From a virus: a DNA stretch of 64,000 nt. The translations under genes and the position numbers were made by a program. The stretch lies in the IMG/VR virus record IMGVR_UViG_3300027418_000370; one strand, given 5' to 3'. Under the pieces are notes generated by a model, which was given only the letters and a program-made list of their open reading frames with translations, was not told where the DNA came from and ran no database searches. This document shows positions 46,885 through 54,886 of the stretch, in pieces. Numbering within the stretch: position 1 is the first letter of the stretch; each line of letters opens with the position of its first letter.

Positions 46885-48600
46885 ATGAATAACAGTATCT
46901 ATGTAGATACCTCCTTATGGGAGGCAGGAAAGGATTTTCCTGAATGGATGAACGAGTTATCCTTAGCAACTATCTCAAAAGGTTATTTGCTTCCAGGAGA
47001 AACTCCTAAGAAAGCTTACCAGCGAGTGTCCACTGCTGTTGCTAACAGGTTAAAGCGCCCTGAATTAGCTGCTAAATTTTATAAGTACATGTGGAAAGGC
47101 TGGTTAAACTTAGCTTCTCCTGTACTATCTAACACAGGTACTGATAGAGGTTTACCTATCTCATGCTTTGGCATCGATACACCTGATAGCATTAGAGGAA
47201 TAGGTCTAACAAATGCAGAGCTGATGAGACTCTCTTCATTAGGTGGTGGTGTAGGTATTAGCTTATCCCGTGTTAGAGAAAGAGGAACAGCTATCACCGG
47301 TAACGGTAACTCAGAAGGTGTAGTGCCATGGGCTAAGATTTACGATTCAACTATTATTGCAACCAACCAGGGTGCTGTACGTAGAGGAGCAGCCTCTGTT
47401 AACTTAGATATCAATCATGGAGACATCAAAGAATTCCTCCAAATCAGACGTCCAAAAGGAGACCCAAATAGACAGTGTCTCAACCTACACCAATGCGTTG
47501 TGGTGGATGATGAGTTCATGCGCAAGCTTGAACGACGAGATCAAGAAGCGGTCGAACTCTGGGTTGAAATCCTCAAATCAAGAGTAGAGACTGGAGAGCC
47601 TTATCTTATGTTTAAGGACAACGTTAACAACGATAATCCTCAGGCATACGTTAAGAACAACCTAGACGTTAGTATGACTAACATCTGTACTGAGATTACT
47701 CTACATACAGACGAAGAGCATTCATTTATCTGCTGCTTAAGTTCAGTAAACTTAGCTAAGTATGATGAATGGAAAGACTCAGACTTGATTGAAACTGCTG
47801 TTTACTTCCTAGACGGAGTAATGGAAGAGTTTTTATATAAGACCGACGGTAAGGATTCACTTGCCCGCTCACATCGTTCAGCTAAAAAAGGTCGTGCAAT
47901 CGGACTAGGAGTTCTAGGATGGCATACTTTCTTACAGCAAAAAGGATTGCCATTCGTATCTGTTGCTTCTACGGCATGGACAAACCGAATCTTCTCACAG
48001 ATCAGAACACAAGCCGAAGCTGCTTCAAGAAAATTAGCTGAAGAATATGGAGAACCAGAATGGTGTAAAGGCACGGGAATGCGCAACACGCATTTGCTCG
48101 CGATTGCTCCGACTGTTAGCAATAGTTCTATTTCCGGAGGTGTATCTGCTGGTATCGAGCCGTTACCTGCTAACATCTATACGTTCAATAGCGGTAAGGG
48201 TACGTTCATTCGTAAGAACCCGGTGCTCGAACAATACTTAGAAGACAAAGGTCACAATACTGATGAGGTATGGGACATCATTATGAAGGATAGAGGTTCA
48301 GTTATCAACGTACCTGAAGCTGTTATGCCCGCAGCTGACAAAGAGATCTTCTACACCTTTACCGAGATCAATCAGCTAGCATTAGTAGAGCAGGCTGCCG
48401 TACGTCAGAAATATATCGACCAGACTCAGTCATTAAACTTAGCTTTTGATCCTACAGACAGTCCTAAGTTCATCAACTTAGTTCATCAGACAGCTTGGAA
48501 GTTAGGTATCAAGACCCTTTACTACCTACGTACCGACTCAGTAATTAACGGCGATATTGGCTCTAGAACTAACGAGGATTGCTTAAGCTGTGATGGGTAA
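46885..48600 (+). CDS. nrdA: Ribonucleotide reductase class I alpha subunit (no ATP cone)
   Basis: ISCF, GGGVG, NICTEI, AIAPT, KTLYY, C-terminal CLSCDG. Confidence 0.95.
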   Translation: MNNSIYVDTSLWEAGKDFPEWMNELSLATISKGYLLPGETPKKAYQRVSTAVANRLKRPELAAKFYKYMWKGWLNLASPVLSNTGTDRGLPISCFGIDTPDSIRGIGLTNAELMRLSSLGGGVGISLSRVRERGTAITGNGNSEGVVPWAKIYDSTIIATNQGAVRRGAASVNLDINHGDIKEFLQIRRPKGDPNRQCLNLHQCVVVDDEFMRKLERRDQEAVELWVEILKSRVETGEPYLMFKDNVNNDNPQAYVKNNLDVSMTNICTEITLHTDEEHSFICCLSSVNLAKYDEWKDSDLIETAVYFLDGVMEEFLYKTDGKDSLARSHRSAKKGRAIGLGVLGWHTFLQQKGLPFVSVASTAWTNRIFSQIRTQAEAASRKLAEEYGEPEWCKGTGMRNTHLLAIAPTVSNSSISGGVSAGIEPLPANIYTFNSGKGTFIRKNPVLEQYLEDKGHNTDEVWDIIMKDRGSVINVPEAVMPAADKEIFYTFTEINQLALVEQAAVRQKYIDQTQSLNLAFDPTDSPKFINLVHQTAWKLGIKTLYYLRTDSVINGDIGSRTNEDCLSCDG

Positions 48601-48622
48601 TATTTATAATAAATCTTTGAAT

Positions 48623-48934
48623 ATGAAATTATCTGATATTATCCTAGAAGGAACCTACGACGTTGAAGGAATTACAGCTGACAACGTAGAAAAAGTAGAT
48701 ATTACTTTTGTAGACGGCAAGACCATGTTATACGGAGTATACGTCTACCTAAAAGACGGAAGCGGTACAAACTGGGATAAGAAACTTCATAGTAAAGAAG
48801 CTCAAAGGATGCTAGACATCTTAGGAATTGACATTGACTTTCAGTCAGATCCTTATGAAGCTCACGGTGCAGTAATTAAAGCACTAAAAGAAAAAGGAAT
48901 TAAAGCAGATACATCAGAGTTCGATGTAAGTTAA
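48623..48934 (+). CDS. Late-expressed small protein, possibly an internal head protein
   Basis: TATTTATA at 48601; starts MKLSDIILE. Confidence 0.55.
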   Translation: MKLSDIILEGTYDVEGITADNVEKVDITFVDGKTMLYGVYVYLKDGSGTNWDKKLHSKEAQRMLDILGIDIDFQSDPYEAHGAVIKALKEKGIKADTSEFDVS

Positions 48935-48963
48935 AAAAGAAAGGGCCTAACGGCCCTTTTTTT
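48933..48963. terminator. Bidirectional rho-independent terminator
   Basis: AAAAAAGAAAGGGCC-TAAC-GGCCCTTTTTTT between convergent genes. Confidence 0.85.
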
Positions 48964-49183
48964 ATTTGTTTAAGTCTCGATTGTTTCGAGTCTTTTCTAA
49001 CATTAACGCATACTCCATTGGAGTCAGTGTGGTTCGAGTTACGATTACTACCTTATCTTCGTAGATAAGAGCCTGTCTTTCTCGATTTAGCTCTTTAGAG
49101 ATGTGCTCTGTAGCTAAAGCCTGAGGGGCTGAACATGATGCCATCAAGATCAACCCTGAAATGAATAAGAGTGCTTTTTTCAT
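48962..49183 (-). CDS. Small lipoprotein
   Basis: MKK + hydrophobic stretch + MASC lipobox; own minus-strand promoter at 49224-49251. Confidence 0.7.
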   Translation of the reverse strand: MKKALLFISGLILMASCSAPQALATEHISKELNRERQALIYEDKVVIVTRTTLTPMEYALMLEKTRNNRDLNK

Positions 49184-49223
49184 GGGTCTTAATATTATAT
49201 TAATACATAGTTAAACTTCTCTT

Positions 49224-49270
49224 AATATACGAAAAAGTTGTTTAAATGCAAACTAGTTCTTATATTTATA
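49224..49270. promoter_or_regulatory. Overlapping divergent promoters
   Basis: + strand TTG(49238)-N20-TATATT(49261); - strand TTG(49251)-N19-TATATT(49229-49224). Confidence 0.7.
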
Positions 49271-49285
49271 GAAACGAAAGAGGTT

Positions 49286-49480
49286 ATGAAAAGAAAAGAG
49301 TTATTAGAACACAAACGAGCCGAACTGCTCAACGAACTATTTGATGTCGTTGACCAACTGCACTCTTCTATCTTTGAGACAGTAGAGCAGATGACCGGAC
49401 TGGCCGAGCGCCAGGTATCTTTAGAGAGAAACCTCTCGAAGATTAACGAAAGTATTGCTAGACTTAATTCTGAAAAATAA
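49286..49480 (+). CDS. Small coiled-coil protein
   Basis: ATG at 49286 downstream of the promoter at 49238-49270. Confidence 0.55.
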   Translation: MKRKELLEHKRAELLNELFDVVDQLHSSIFETVEQMTGLAERQVSLERNLSKINESIARLNSEK

Positions 49481-49481
49481 T

Positions 49482-50048
49482 ATGCTTTATACTTACGACA
49501 AAAAGAACTTGCAGTTTAAGAAGTTAGATCGCAAGAAAGCTCTAATGCTTATAGGAGGAATCTTTGCGATACTAGCCTTTAGTACAAGCATTACCCCGGG
49601 TATACGTACATCCAAAGAAACTATCACAATAGTTGAACACGATACTGTATATACTCAGAAATTCTCAGAAGAGAACTTAATTCGTTATATGAAGGAACTA
49701 AACATTAAGTATCCTCATATTGTATTAGCTCAAGCACGAATTGAATCAGGAACGTATACTTCGAACATTTTCAAAGAGAATAACAACCTCTTTGGTATGA
49801 AGAAAGCTTATCAACGAGCTACTACAGCCATAGGACGTAATCGAGGTCATGCTCAATACGATCATTGGACTCATTCGGTAATCGATTATGCTTTGTGGCA
49901 GAATAAGTACCTAAGTAGAGCTAGAAACGAAACTGAATACTACCAGTACCTAGGTAAGCACTATGCAGAAGCAGGTCATTACATTGCTTCTTTAAAAGCA
50001 AAGATAAAGAAAGAAGGTTTGGAAGATTTAGTAGAATATACTCATTAA
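49482..50048 (+). CDS. GH73 glucosaminidase-like peptidoglycan hydrolase with N-terminal membrane anchor
   Basis: AQARIESG...NNLFGMK...YA....Y motifs; TM segment ALMLIGGIFAILAF. Confidence 0.8.
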   Translation: MLYTYDKKNLQFKKLDRKKALMLIGGIFAILAFSTSITPGIRTSKETITIVEHDTVYTQKFSEENLIRYMKELNIKYPHIVLAQARIESGTYTSNIFKENNNLFGMKKAYQRATTAIGRNRGHAQYDHWTHSVIDYALWQNKYLSRARNETEYYQYLGKHYAEAGHYIASLKAKIKKEGLEDLVEYTH

Positions 50049-50269
50049 TGAGATTCAGATCAGGTAAATATAAGGATTACACATACCAAGAGGTATGGGA
50101 GATTGATCCGGGTTATATGTATTGGGTGCAGGAGAACAGACCTGAGATGTTTCGCACTCCTAAACCTAAAGCAGTACCTCAAAAAGCTCCTCAAATGTCT
50201 GAGGAAGATCTAGAGAGCTACAACTACAATAAAAATATTCGTCCGGCAACTTTAGATGAAGCATTTTAA
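50048..50269 (+). CDS. Hypothetical protein (FxSGKYK...YxxW)
   Basis: Coupled ORF with a GKY motif. Confidence 0.55.
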   Translation: MRFRSGKYKDYTYQEVWEIDPGYMYWVQENRPEMFRTPKPKAVPQKAPQMSEEDLESYNYNKNIRPATLDEAF

Positions 50270-50271
50270 AG

Positions 50272-50300
50272 TTGTAGATCTGAAAGATAGTTCTTATATT
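50272..50300 (+). promoter_or_regulatory. TTG-N20-TATATT promoter
   Basis: GTTGTAGATCTGAAAGATAGTTCTTATATT, intergenic. Confidence 0.75.
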
Positions 50301-50324
50301 TAGGTATAAAGTGATTAAGGTTAT

Positions 50325-50777
50325 ATGAAGTACACAAACAGATACGGAGACGTTTATACATTTACCAAACAGGAAGATGGTAATGTATTGTGGGAAGGTA
50401 GTTTTAAATGGTGCCGATATGGTTGGCCTAACGTCTATAAAGACGCTTATCAGCAATACCGCAAGGACGGAGGTGATATGCATATTCAGGACTTTGAGAA
50501 GGAAGTACACAGGTATGACGATGTCACATTTGAGTATTCTGAAATCTCTAAGAAGTACCAATCACTAGTATATTCAGATACAAAAAACATCAGTATGGTT
50601 GATCCATCTGGCGGTCCTTATTTGACCAGAGGTATTGATCTTGGAGAGTATTTAGGTAAAGAATTTGAAAACAGAATTGTAAGTTCATTTGAACCCGTAA
50701 AAACTGGTTATTTGATTAAGACTTATGGTAAGTTTGATCATTTACAAGACAGAGATATTATAGGAGGTATTATATGA
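50325..50777 (+). CDS. Hypothetical protein
   Basis: NRYG...MVDPSGGPY; promoter at 50272-50300. Confidence 0.6.
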   Translation: MKYTNRYGDVYTFTKQEDGNVLWEGSFKWCRYGWPNVYKDAYQQYRKDGGDMHIQDFEKEVHRYDDVTFEYSEISKKYQSLVYSDTKNISMVDPSGGPYLTRGIDLGEYLGKEFENRIVSSFEPVKTGYLIKTYGKFDHLQDRDIIGGII

Positions 50778-51292
50778 GGACTAAATTTAAAATAAAAGAA
50801 AATAAAACATTTAGCCAAAAAGCTAAATCGTTCGGTCAATCTATGTTATTCTGGAAAGGTCGTAAGAAAGGTATGATTCATACTCGTGACTTAGAATGGG
50901 ATGATTTACGTTACATTTTCTTTCCTAAAGGATATGAAAAATATGGCTACTTAGGTATGATACCTTACGATAAAGATAGTGATATTGGTAAAGCAATGTT
51001 CCCTCTAATACTAGCAATGGATTATGAAGCGAAACCGAAATGGTGTCCAAGATGGTTTCTACGTTTTTTAGAAGTGTTTGGAAATGATAAAAGTATTGTG
51101 AGGGTTCGTAATCGTAAATTATCAAACCTACATCGTAAACTAACTAAAGGTATACTGATGTGGGATTATAAAACTAAATGGTATCACTATGATTTAAGAA
51201 TCTCAATATCAGCACCAAAACATTTACAAAATCTTGCGTCGGACATTGAGCACGGATTTTACAGACGAGGACAAAAACAAGAAGAGGAATGA
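50774..51292 (+). CDS. Hypothetical basic protein
   Basis: Coupled ORF (ATGA overlap). Confidence 0.55.
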   Translation: MRTKFKIKENKTFSQKAKSFGQSMLFWKGRKKGMIHTRDLEWDDLRYIFFPKGYEKYGYLGMIPYDKDSDIGKAMFPLILAMDYEAKPKWCPRWFLRFLEVFGNDKSIVRVRNRKLSNLHRKLTKGILMWDYKTKWYHYDLRISISAPKHLQNLASDIEHGFYRRGQKQEEE

Positions 51293-51471
51293 ATAAAGCA
51301 GAAATAGTTCAAAGATTATTGGAGAATAATCATATTACAGCAGAAGAAGCAGTAATACTCCTTGTAGAAAACCAAGTAACACAAGTAACGCTACCACCTT
51401 ATTCTCCAAATAGTACCAAGAATCCATACGAACCACCATTTGAAATAACTTGTAACACCAAAGAGAAATGA
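51289..51471 (+). CDS. Small hypothetical protein
   Basis: Coupled ORF; ITAEEA..LL short helical motif. Confidence 0.5.
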   Translation: MNKAEIVQRLLENNHITAEEAVILLVENQVTQVTLPPYSPNSTKNPYEPPFEITCNTKEK

Positions 51472-51815
51472 GCAAGTTAAAACAAACCAAAATCCCAATG
51501 ACATTAGAAGATAATGTCTTGAAGGTTGCTCTTGAACAAAATGTAATTGAAAACGAATTCAATTGGAAACTGGTTCGTGAACGAGACGGACTAACCAATG
51601 AATCTAAGGAAGTAATGTGGGTTGAATGGAATGAAGAAGGTAAGTTTAAATCCAAACACGATGAACCAGCAGTAGAACGTTCATTGATTATGTCTCCATT
51701 CAATCAGTTTTTTACTTGGCAAACAACTCCTATTACAGAGGTGTTGGAAAAACGAGAAAATTTTCTTAAATTTAAGACTAAGAACTCAGTATACGAATTA
51801 TGGAAGCTATCTTAA
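51468..51815 (+). CDS. Hypothetical protein
   Basis: Coupled ORF; WQTT...FKTKNSVYEL. Confidence 0.55.
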   Translation: MSKLKQTKIPMTLEDNVLKVALEQNVIENEFNWKLVRERDGLTNESKEVMWVEWNEEGKFKSKHDEPAVERSLIMSPFNQFFTWQTTPITEVLEKRENFLKFKTKNSVYELWKLS

Positions 51816-52036
51816 AATTTAATCTGCCTGAAGACAATCAAGAGTTTGAACTTGCAACTAAAGCTCAAGATTGGTGGAATGTTTGTTGGGATATGGATCA
51901 ATGGCTAAGAGCTCAGTATAAGTATATGCCTGATGAAGGATTTAGCAAAGATAAGTACGATGCTTATGTTCAAGCTAGAGAAAAGTTATTTGAGTTTATG
52001 AGTGAGCATGGTGTAAGTTTAGATGATGTATCGTAG
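51800..52036 (+). CDS. Hypothetical protein
   Basis: MEAILKFNLPED start; overlapping ORF. Confidence 0.55.
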   Translation: MEAILKFNLPEDNQEFELATKAQDWWNVCWDMDQWLRAQYKYMPDEGFSKDKYDAYVQAREKLFEFMSEHGVSLDDVS

Positions 52037-52289
52037 TGTTATGACAGAAGAAATTTTTAAAGAGCTAGGCTTTCAGCGTAACGAAGTCACTCCAGAAGAA
52101 TCAGGTTACGAATACACCTTTTACTACTACACCGCTGATATCGGGGATATCTGTATAATGTCTAACTCAGATGATGAAGCGGCAAAGAACGGCTGGGAAG
52201 CTATGATCTTTGACTCTAGAACCCTAAGTATCAAAGGAGAAGGAGATCTAAAAGATTTAGTTCGAATTCTAAAAAATAATACGTTATGA
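52023..52289 (+). CDS. Hypothetical protein (start may be 52041)
   Basis: MTEEIFKELGF motif. Confidence 0.5.
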   Translation: MMYRSVMTEEIFKELGFQRNEVTPEESGYEYTFYYYTADIGDICIMSNSDDEAAKNGWEAMIFDSRTLSIKGEGDLKDLVRILKNNTL

Positions 52290-52414
52290 AAAAAGCTGAA
52301 CGAATAATGAAGTCGGAAGCTGCTCGTAAGCGCCGTCGATCTATTAAAGAACTGCGTCAGGCAGTTCAAGAGCGGTTATTTAGTATATTACGTAAAAAAC
52401 GCAAAAAGAAGTGA
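52286..52414 (+). CDS. Very basic 42-aa peptide
   Basis: MKKAERIMKSEAARKRRRSIKELRQAVQERLFSILRKKRKKK; ATGA/GTGA overlaps on both sides. Confidence 0.55.
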   Translation: MKKAERIMKSEAARKRRRSIKELRQAVQERLFSILRKKRKKK

Positions 52415-52572
52415 AGCGAGGACACCATATGTCAAGAGATAGAAAAGTAGAGATCGTTAGAACTGTACTGGGTAGAGCTAAAGGATTGACTATGCTTCAT
52501 GGAGAGAAGCTAGTACAGCACGTAGCAAATTCAATTACACTATACGAAAAACACATACCAGAAAATGATTGA
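52411..52572 (+). CDS. Small hypothetical protein
   Basis: Manual translation; fills the gap, coupled to both neighbours. Confidence 0.45.
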   Translation: MKRGHHMSRDRKVEIVRTVLGRAKGLTMLHGEKLVQHVANSITLYEKHIPEND

Positions 52573-52702
52573 GCTTATTAAGCACTCGTTAGGTTTTTGT
52601 GGAGAGCACTGGCATCCAAATCTTTTTACAATTTCAGCATCAGGAGTTGGAATCCTGCCAGCTTTTTCATATATTAAGTATAAATTAAAAAGAACAAAGT
52701 AA
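52565..52702 (+). CDS. Small membrane peptide with CGEHWHP motif
   Basis: MIELIKHSLGFCGEHWHPNLFTISASGVGILPAFSYIKYKL. Confidence 0.5.
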   Translation: MIELIKHSLGFCGEHWHPNLFTISASGVGILPAFSYIKYKLKRTK

Positions 52703-52812
52703 TGGACAGTTTTATGGCTATTGTGCCTTTTATTGCAATCGGAACTATGGCGTTCCTATTCTTGCAGTTTATTGTGGATGTAATCCGCGGTAAGTACCGT
52801 ACCGAAAAATGA
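52702..52812 (+). CDS. 36-aa single-TM peptide
   Basis: TAATG and ATGA coupling; hydrophobic core. Confidence 0.45.
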   Translation: MDSFMAIVPFIAIGTMAFLFLQFIVDVIRGKYRTEK

Positions 52813-53258
52813 AAAAATTAATCTTAGGTCTATTTGTTACCTTAACCGCTCTTAGCGCTTACGGTCAAAAGCCTACTGAGGAACCGAGTGTACTAATCAC
52901 TCGCAATACTTCCACCCAGCGTATGGTTTGGAGTGATGTAGAAGACGAATGGATGTTCTTCGATTTAGTCGATCGTCATTCAGATAATAATGTTTGGCTT
53001 TCGTACTTCAACGATAACGGAAGCGGTTACATGAAAATGGTCCGAGTATCAACCGGTGAAGAGTTTGCATTTACTATTTACGATTATGAGATGCGAGAAA
53101 ATGACCAAGGCCAGTACCTCTGGATTGATGCTCTTCAAGTACACGATGGACAAAAGGTTACTATCCTGGTACAGGAATACGGTCAGGGAATAAAGATGGT
53201 TACTATCTTTATGCCTACTAGTAAAGTAGTTTTATATTTTGATACTGAAAAGCTTTAA
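52809..53258 (+). CDS. Secreted/periplasmic hypothetical protein
   Basis: Bacteroidota-style signal peptide MKKLILGLFVTLTALSAYGQ. Confidence 0.6.
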   Translation: MKKLILGLFVTLTALSAYGQKPTEEPSVLITRNTSTQRMVWSDVEDEWMFFDLVDRHSDNNVWLSYFNDNGSGYMKMVRVSTGEEFAFTIYDYEMRENDQGQYLWIDALQVHDGQKVTILVQEYGQGIKMVTIFMPTSKVVLYFDTEKL

Positions 53259-53260
53259 TT

Positions 53261-53446
53261 ATGGCTAAATTAATTAGAGTAGAAACAGACTACCGTTACT
53301 ACGCAGTAGAGCTAACTGAAGAACAGTTACAGCGGTATAACTCAGGCGACGATGATCTCGTAGATGAGGTAATGGATGAAGTTTACGATGAAATGGAAAA
53401 TGTTCGTACTAAAGATGGTGGAACTGAATATTATATTGAAGAATAA
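53261..53446 (+). CDS. Small acidic protein
   Basis: ORF in operon. Confidence 0.5.
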   Translation: MAKLIRVETDYRYYAVELTEEQLQRYNSGDDDLVDEVMDEVYDEMENVRTKDGGTEYYIEE

Positions 53447-53943
53447 TGGCAAATACTTGTAGAACAGATGTAAAAATTGTTGCTTCAAAAGAAGCAGTTG
53501 ACTTTTTGTATGGAAAGTTTGAAAATATGAATGATGGGAAGTATCCAAATGAAAAGGAAACTCCACATATTGTAGATGTATTTGGTGCTGATGCTGAATT
53601 ATTTATTGATAAAGTAGGTTCAAAGTGGATTACAATTTACGATTATAGCACCTATGAGAATGAATTTGAAGTTAGCTTTGAATCAGCTTGGTATCCACCA
53701 TCAGATCTATTGAAAGAAATGCATCGACAGTTGATGGCTATTGATCCGGATGCTACATTTACAGCACGTTATTGGGATGAAGCATACGATCCTATTGGAG
53801 TAATTAAGATTACAGATGCCGGCCAGTACCTAACTGTTGAGACCGAACCTGAGCCTGAAGACGAATTCGAAGGTGAGTACTACTGGGATGATGTAATCGA
53901 TCCAGAGTTTGCTCGACTAGAAAGAAAATTAGGAATAGCGTAA
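53446..53943 (+). CDS. YubB/DUF1281-like ferredoxin-fold protein
   Basis: MANTC start, G.KW, FESAWYPP, Y.DE motifs. Confidence 0.6.
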   Translation: MANTCRTDVKIVASKEAVDFLYGKFENMNDGKYPNEKETPHIVDVFGADAELFIDKVGSKWITIYDYSTYENEFEVSFESAWYPPSDLLKEMHRQLMAIDPDATFTARYWDEAYDPIGVIKITDAGQYLTVETEPEPEDEFEGEYYWDDVIDPEFARLERKLGIA

Positions 53944-53967
53944 GCCTATACGCTTAAAATACCTGGC
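53937..53967 (+). ncRNA. Candidate H-type pseudoknot leader upstream of queC
   Basis: AGCGTA/TACGCT stem, loop GCC complementary to downstream GGC, A-rich linker TAAAATA. Confidence 0.4.
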
Positions 53968-53987
53968 AGTTATAAATTATATTTAAA

Positions 53988-54812
53988 ATGGCAAAACACG
54001 TTGTTGTTAGTCTTTCAGGAGGGATGGACTCCTCTACGTTACTTCTAAAAGCTCTTAAAGAGTTTGATACAGTAACAGCAATGTCTTTTGATTACGGTCA
54101 AAAGCACAGAGTAGAGCTTGAAAGAGCTCAAGAGTTGGTAAAGTACTTGAGTGATAACGGTCACTCTGTTAATTACCGAGTAATCAAACTAGACGGCTTG
54201 GTTGACCTGCTCAACTCGGCTCTAGTAACAGGTGGTGCTGAAGTACCTGAAGGTCATTACGCAGAAGAGAATATGAAAGCTACTGTTGTACCGAACCGAA
54301 ACAAAATCTTCAGTTCAATTTCTCAAGCTGTAGCACTTTCTATTGCAAATGAAACTCAGGAAGAAACTTCCATTGCGTTGGGCATTCATGCTGGTGATCA
54401 TGCGATCTATCCGGACTGCCGACAGGAATTTCGGGATGCAGATGACGCTGCTTTCCGCACTGGTAACTGGGACGCTGAGCGCGTATCTTATTGGACTCCT
54501 TATCTTGAAGGCGATAAGTTTACTATTCTAGAAGACGGACTGGTATTATGTGAGAAGCTAGGAATAGACTTTGATGAAGTTTATAAGCGTACTAACACCT
54601 CTTATAAGCCAATCAAGTACTATCACCGTCCAGAGACTAATGCCTGGACTTGGTACTCAGACTACAAATCAGCTTCTTCAGTAGAGCGTATTGAAGCTTT
54701 TATTAAGCTAGGACGACCTGATCCTGTAGCGTACGCTGATGAGACCGGCCCAGTGAGCTGGGAGGTAGCACGTGAGCATGTTGAAAAAGTTTTAGCAGCA
54801 CACGCAAATTAA
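53988..54812 (+). CDS. queC: 7-cyano-7-deazaguanine (preQ0) synthase
   Basis: SGGMDS, FDYGQKH..E, VPNRN, YPDCR. Confidence 0.95.
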   Translation: MAKHVVVSLSGGMDSSTLLLKALKEFDTVTAMSFDYGQKHRVELERAQELVKYLSDNGHSVNYRVIKLDGLVDLLNSALVTGGAEVPEGHYAEENMKATVVPNRNKIFSSISQAVALSIANETQEETSIALGIHAGDHAIYPDCRQEFRDADDAAFRTGNWDAERVSYWTPYLEGDKFTILEDGLVLCEKLGIDFDEVYKRTNTSYKPIKYYHRPETNAWTWYSDYKSASSVERIEAFIKLGRPDPVAYADETGPVSWEVAREHVEKVLAAHAN

Positions 54813-54813
54813 T

Positions 54814-54845
54814 TAGGGGGGAGCTTGTCTCCCTCCCTATTTATT
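54814..54845 (+). terminator. Hairpin after queC (likely terminator) overlapping the next promoter
   Basis: TAGGGGGGAG-CTTGT-CTCCCTCCCTA followed by TTTATT. Confidence 0.6.
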
Positions 54846-54853
54846 CTTATATT
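54825..54853 (+). promoter_or_regulatory. TTG-N20-TATATT promoter for the lipoprotein-trx-queD-queE unit
   Basis: Motif match directly before aptamer copy 1. Confidence 0.65.
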
Positions 54854-54854
54854 A

Positions 54855-54886
54855 AGAGTGTCGGAGCACCACTATAAAAACACCGG
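54855..54886 (+). ncRNA. preQ1 class I-like riboswitch aptamer, copy 1
   Basis: P1 AGUG/CACU, loop UCGGAGCAC, tail AUAAAAAC-ACCGG; loop CGG.G pairs with tail C.CCG, ending at the ATG. Confidence 0.65.
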
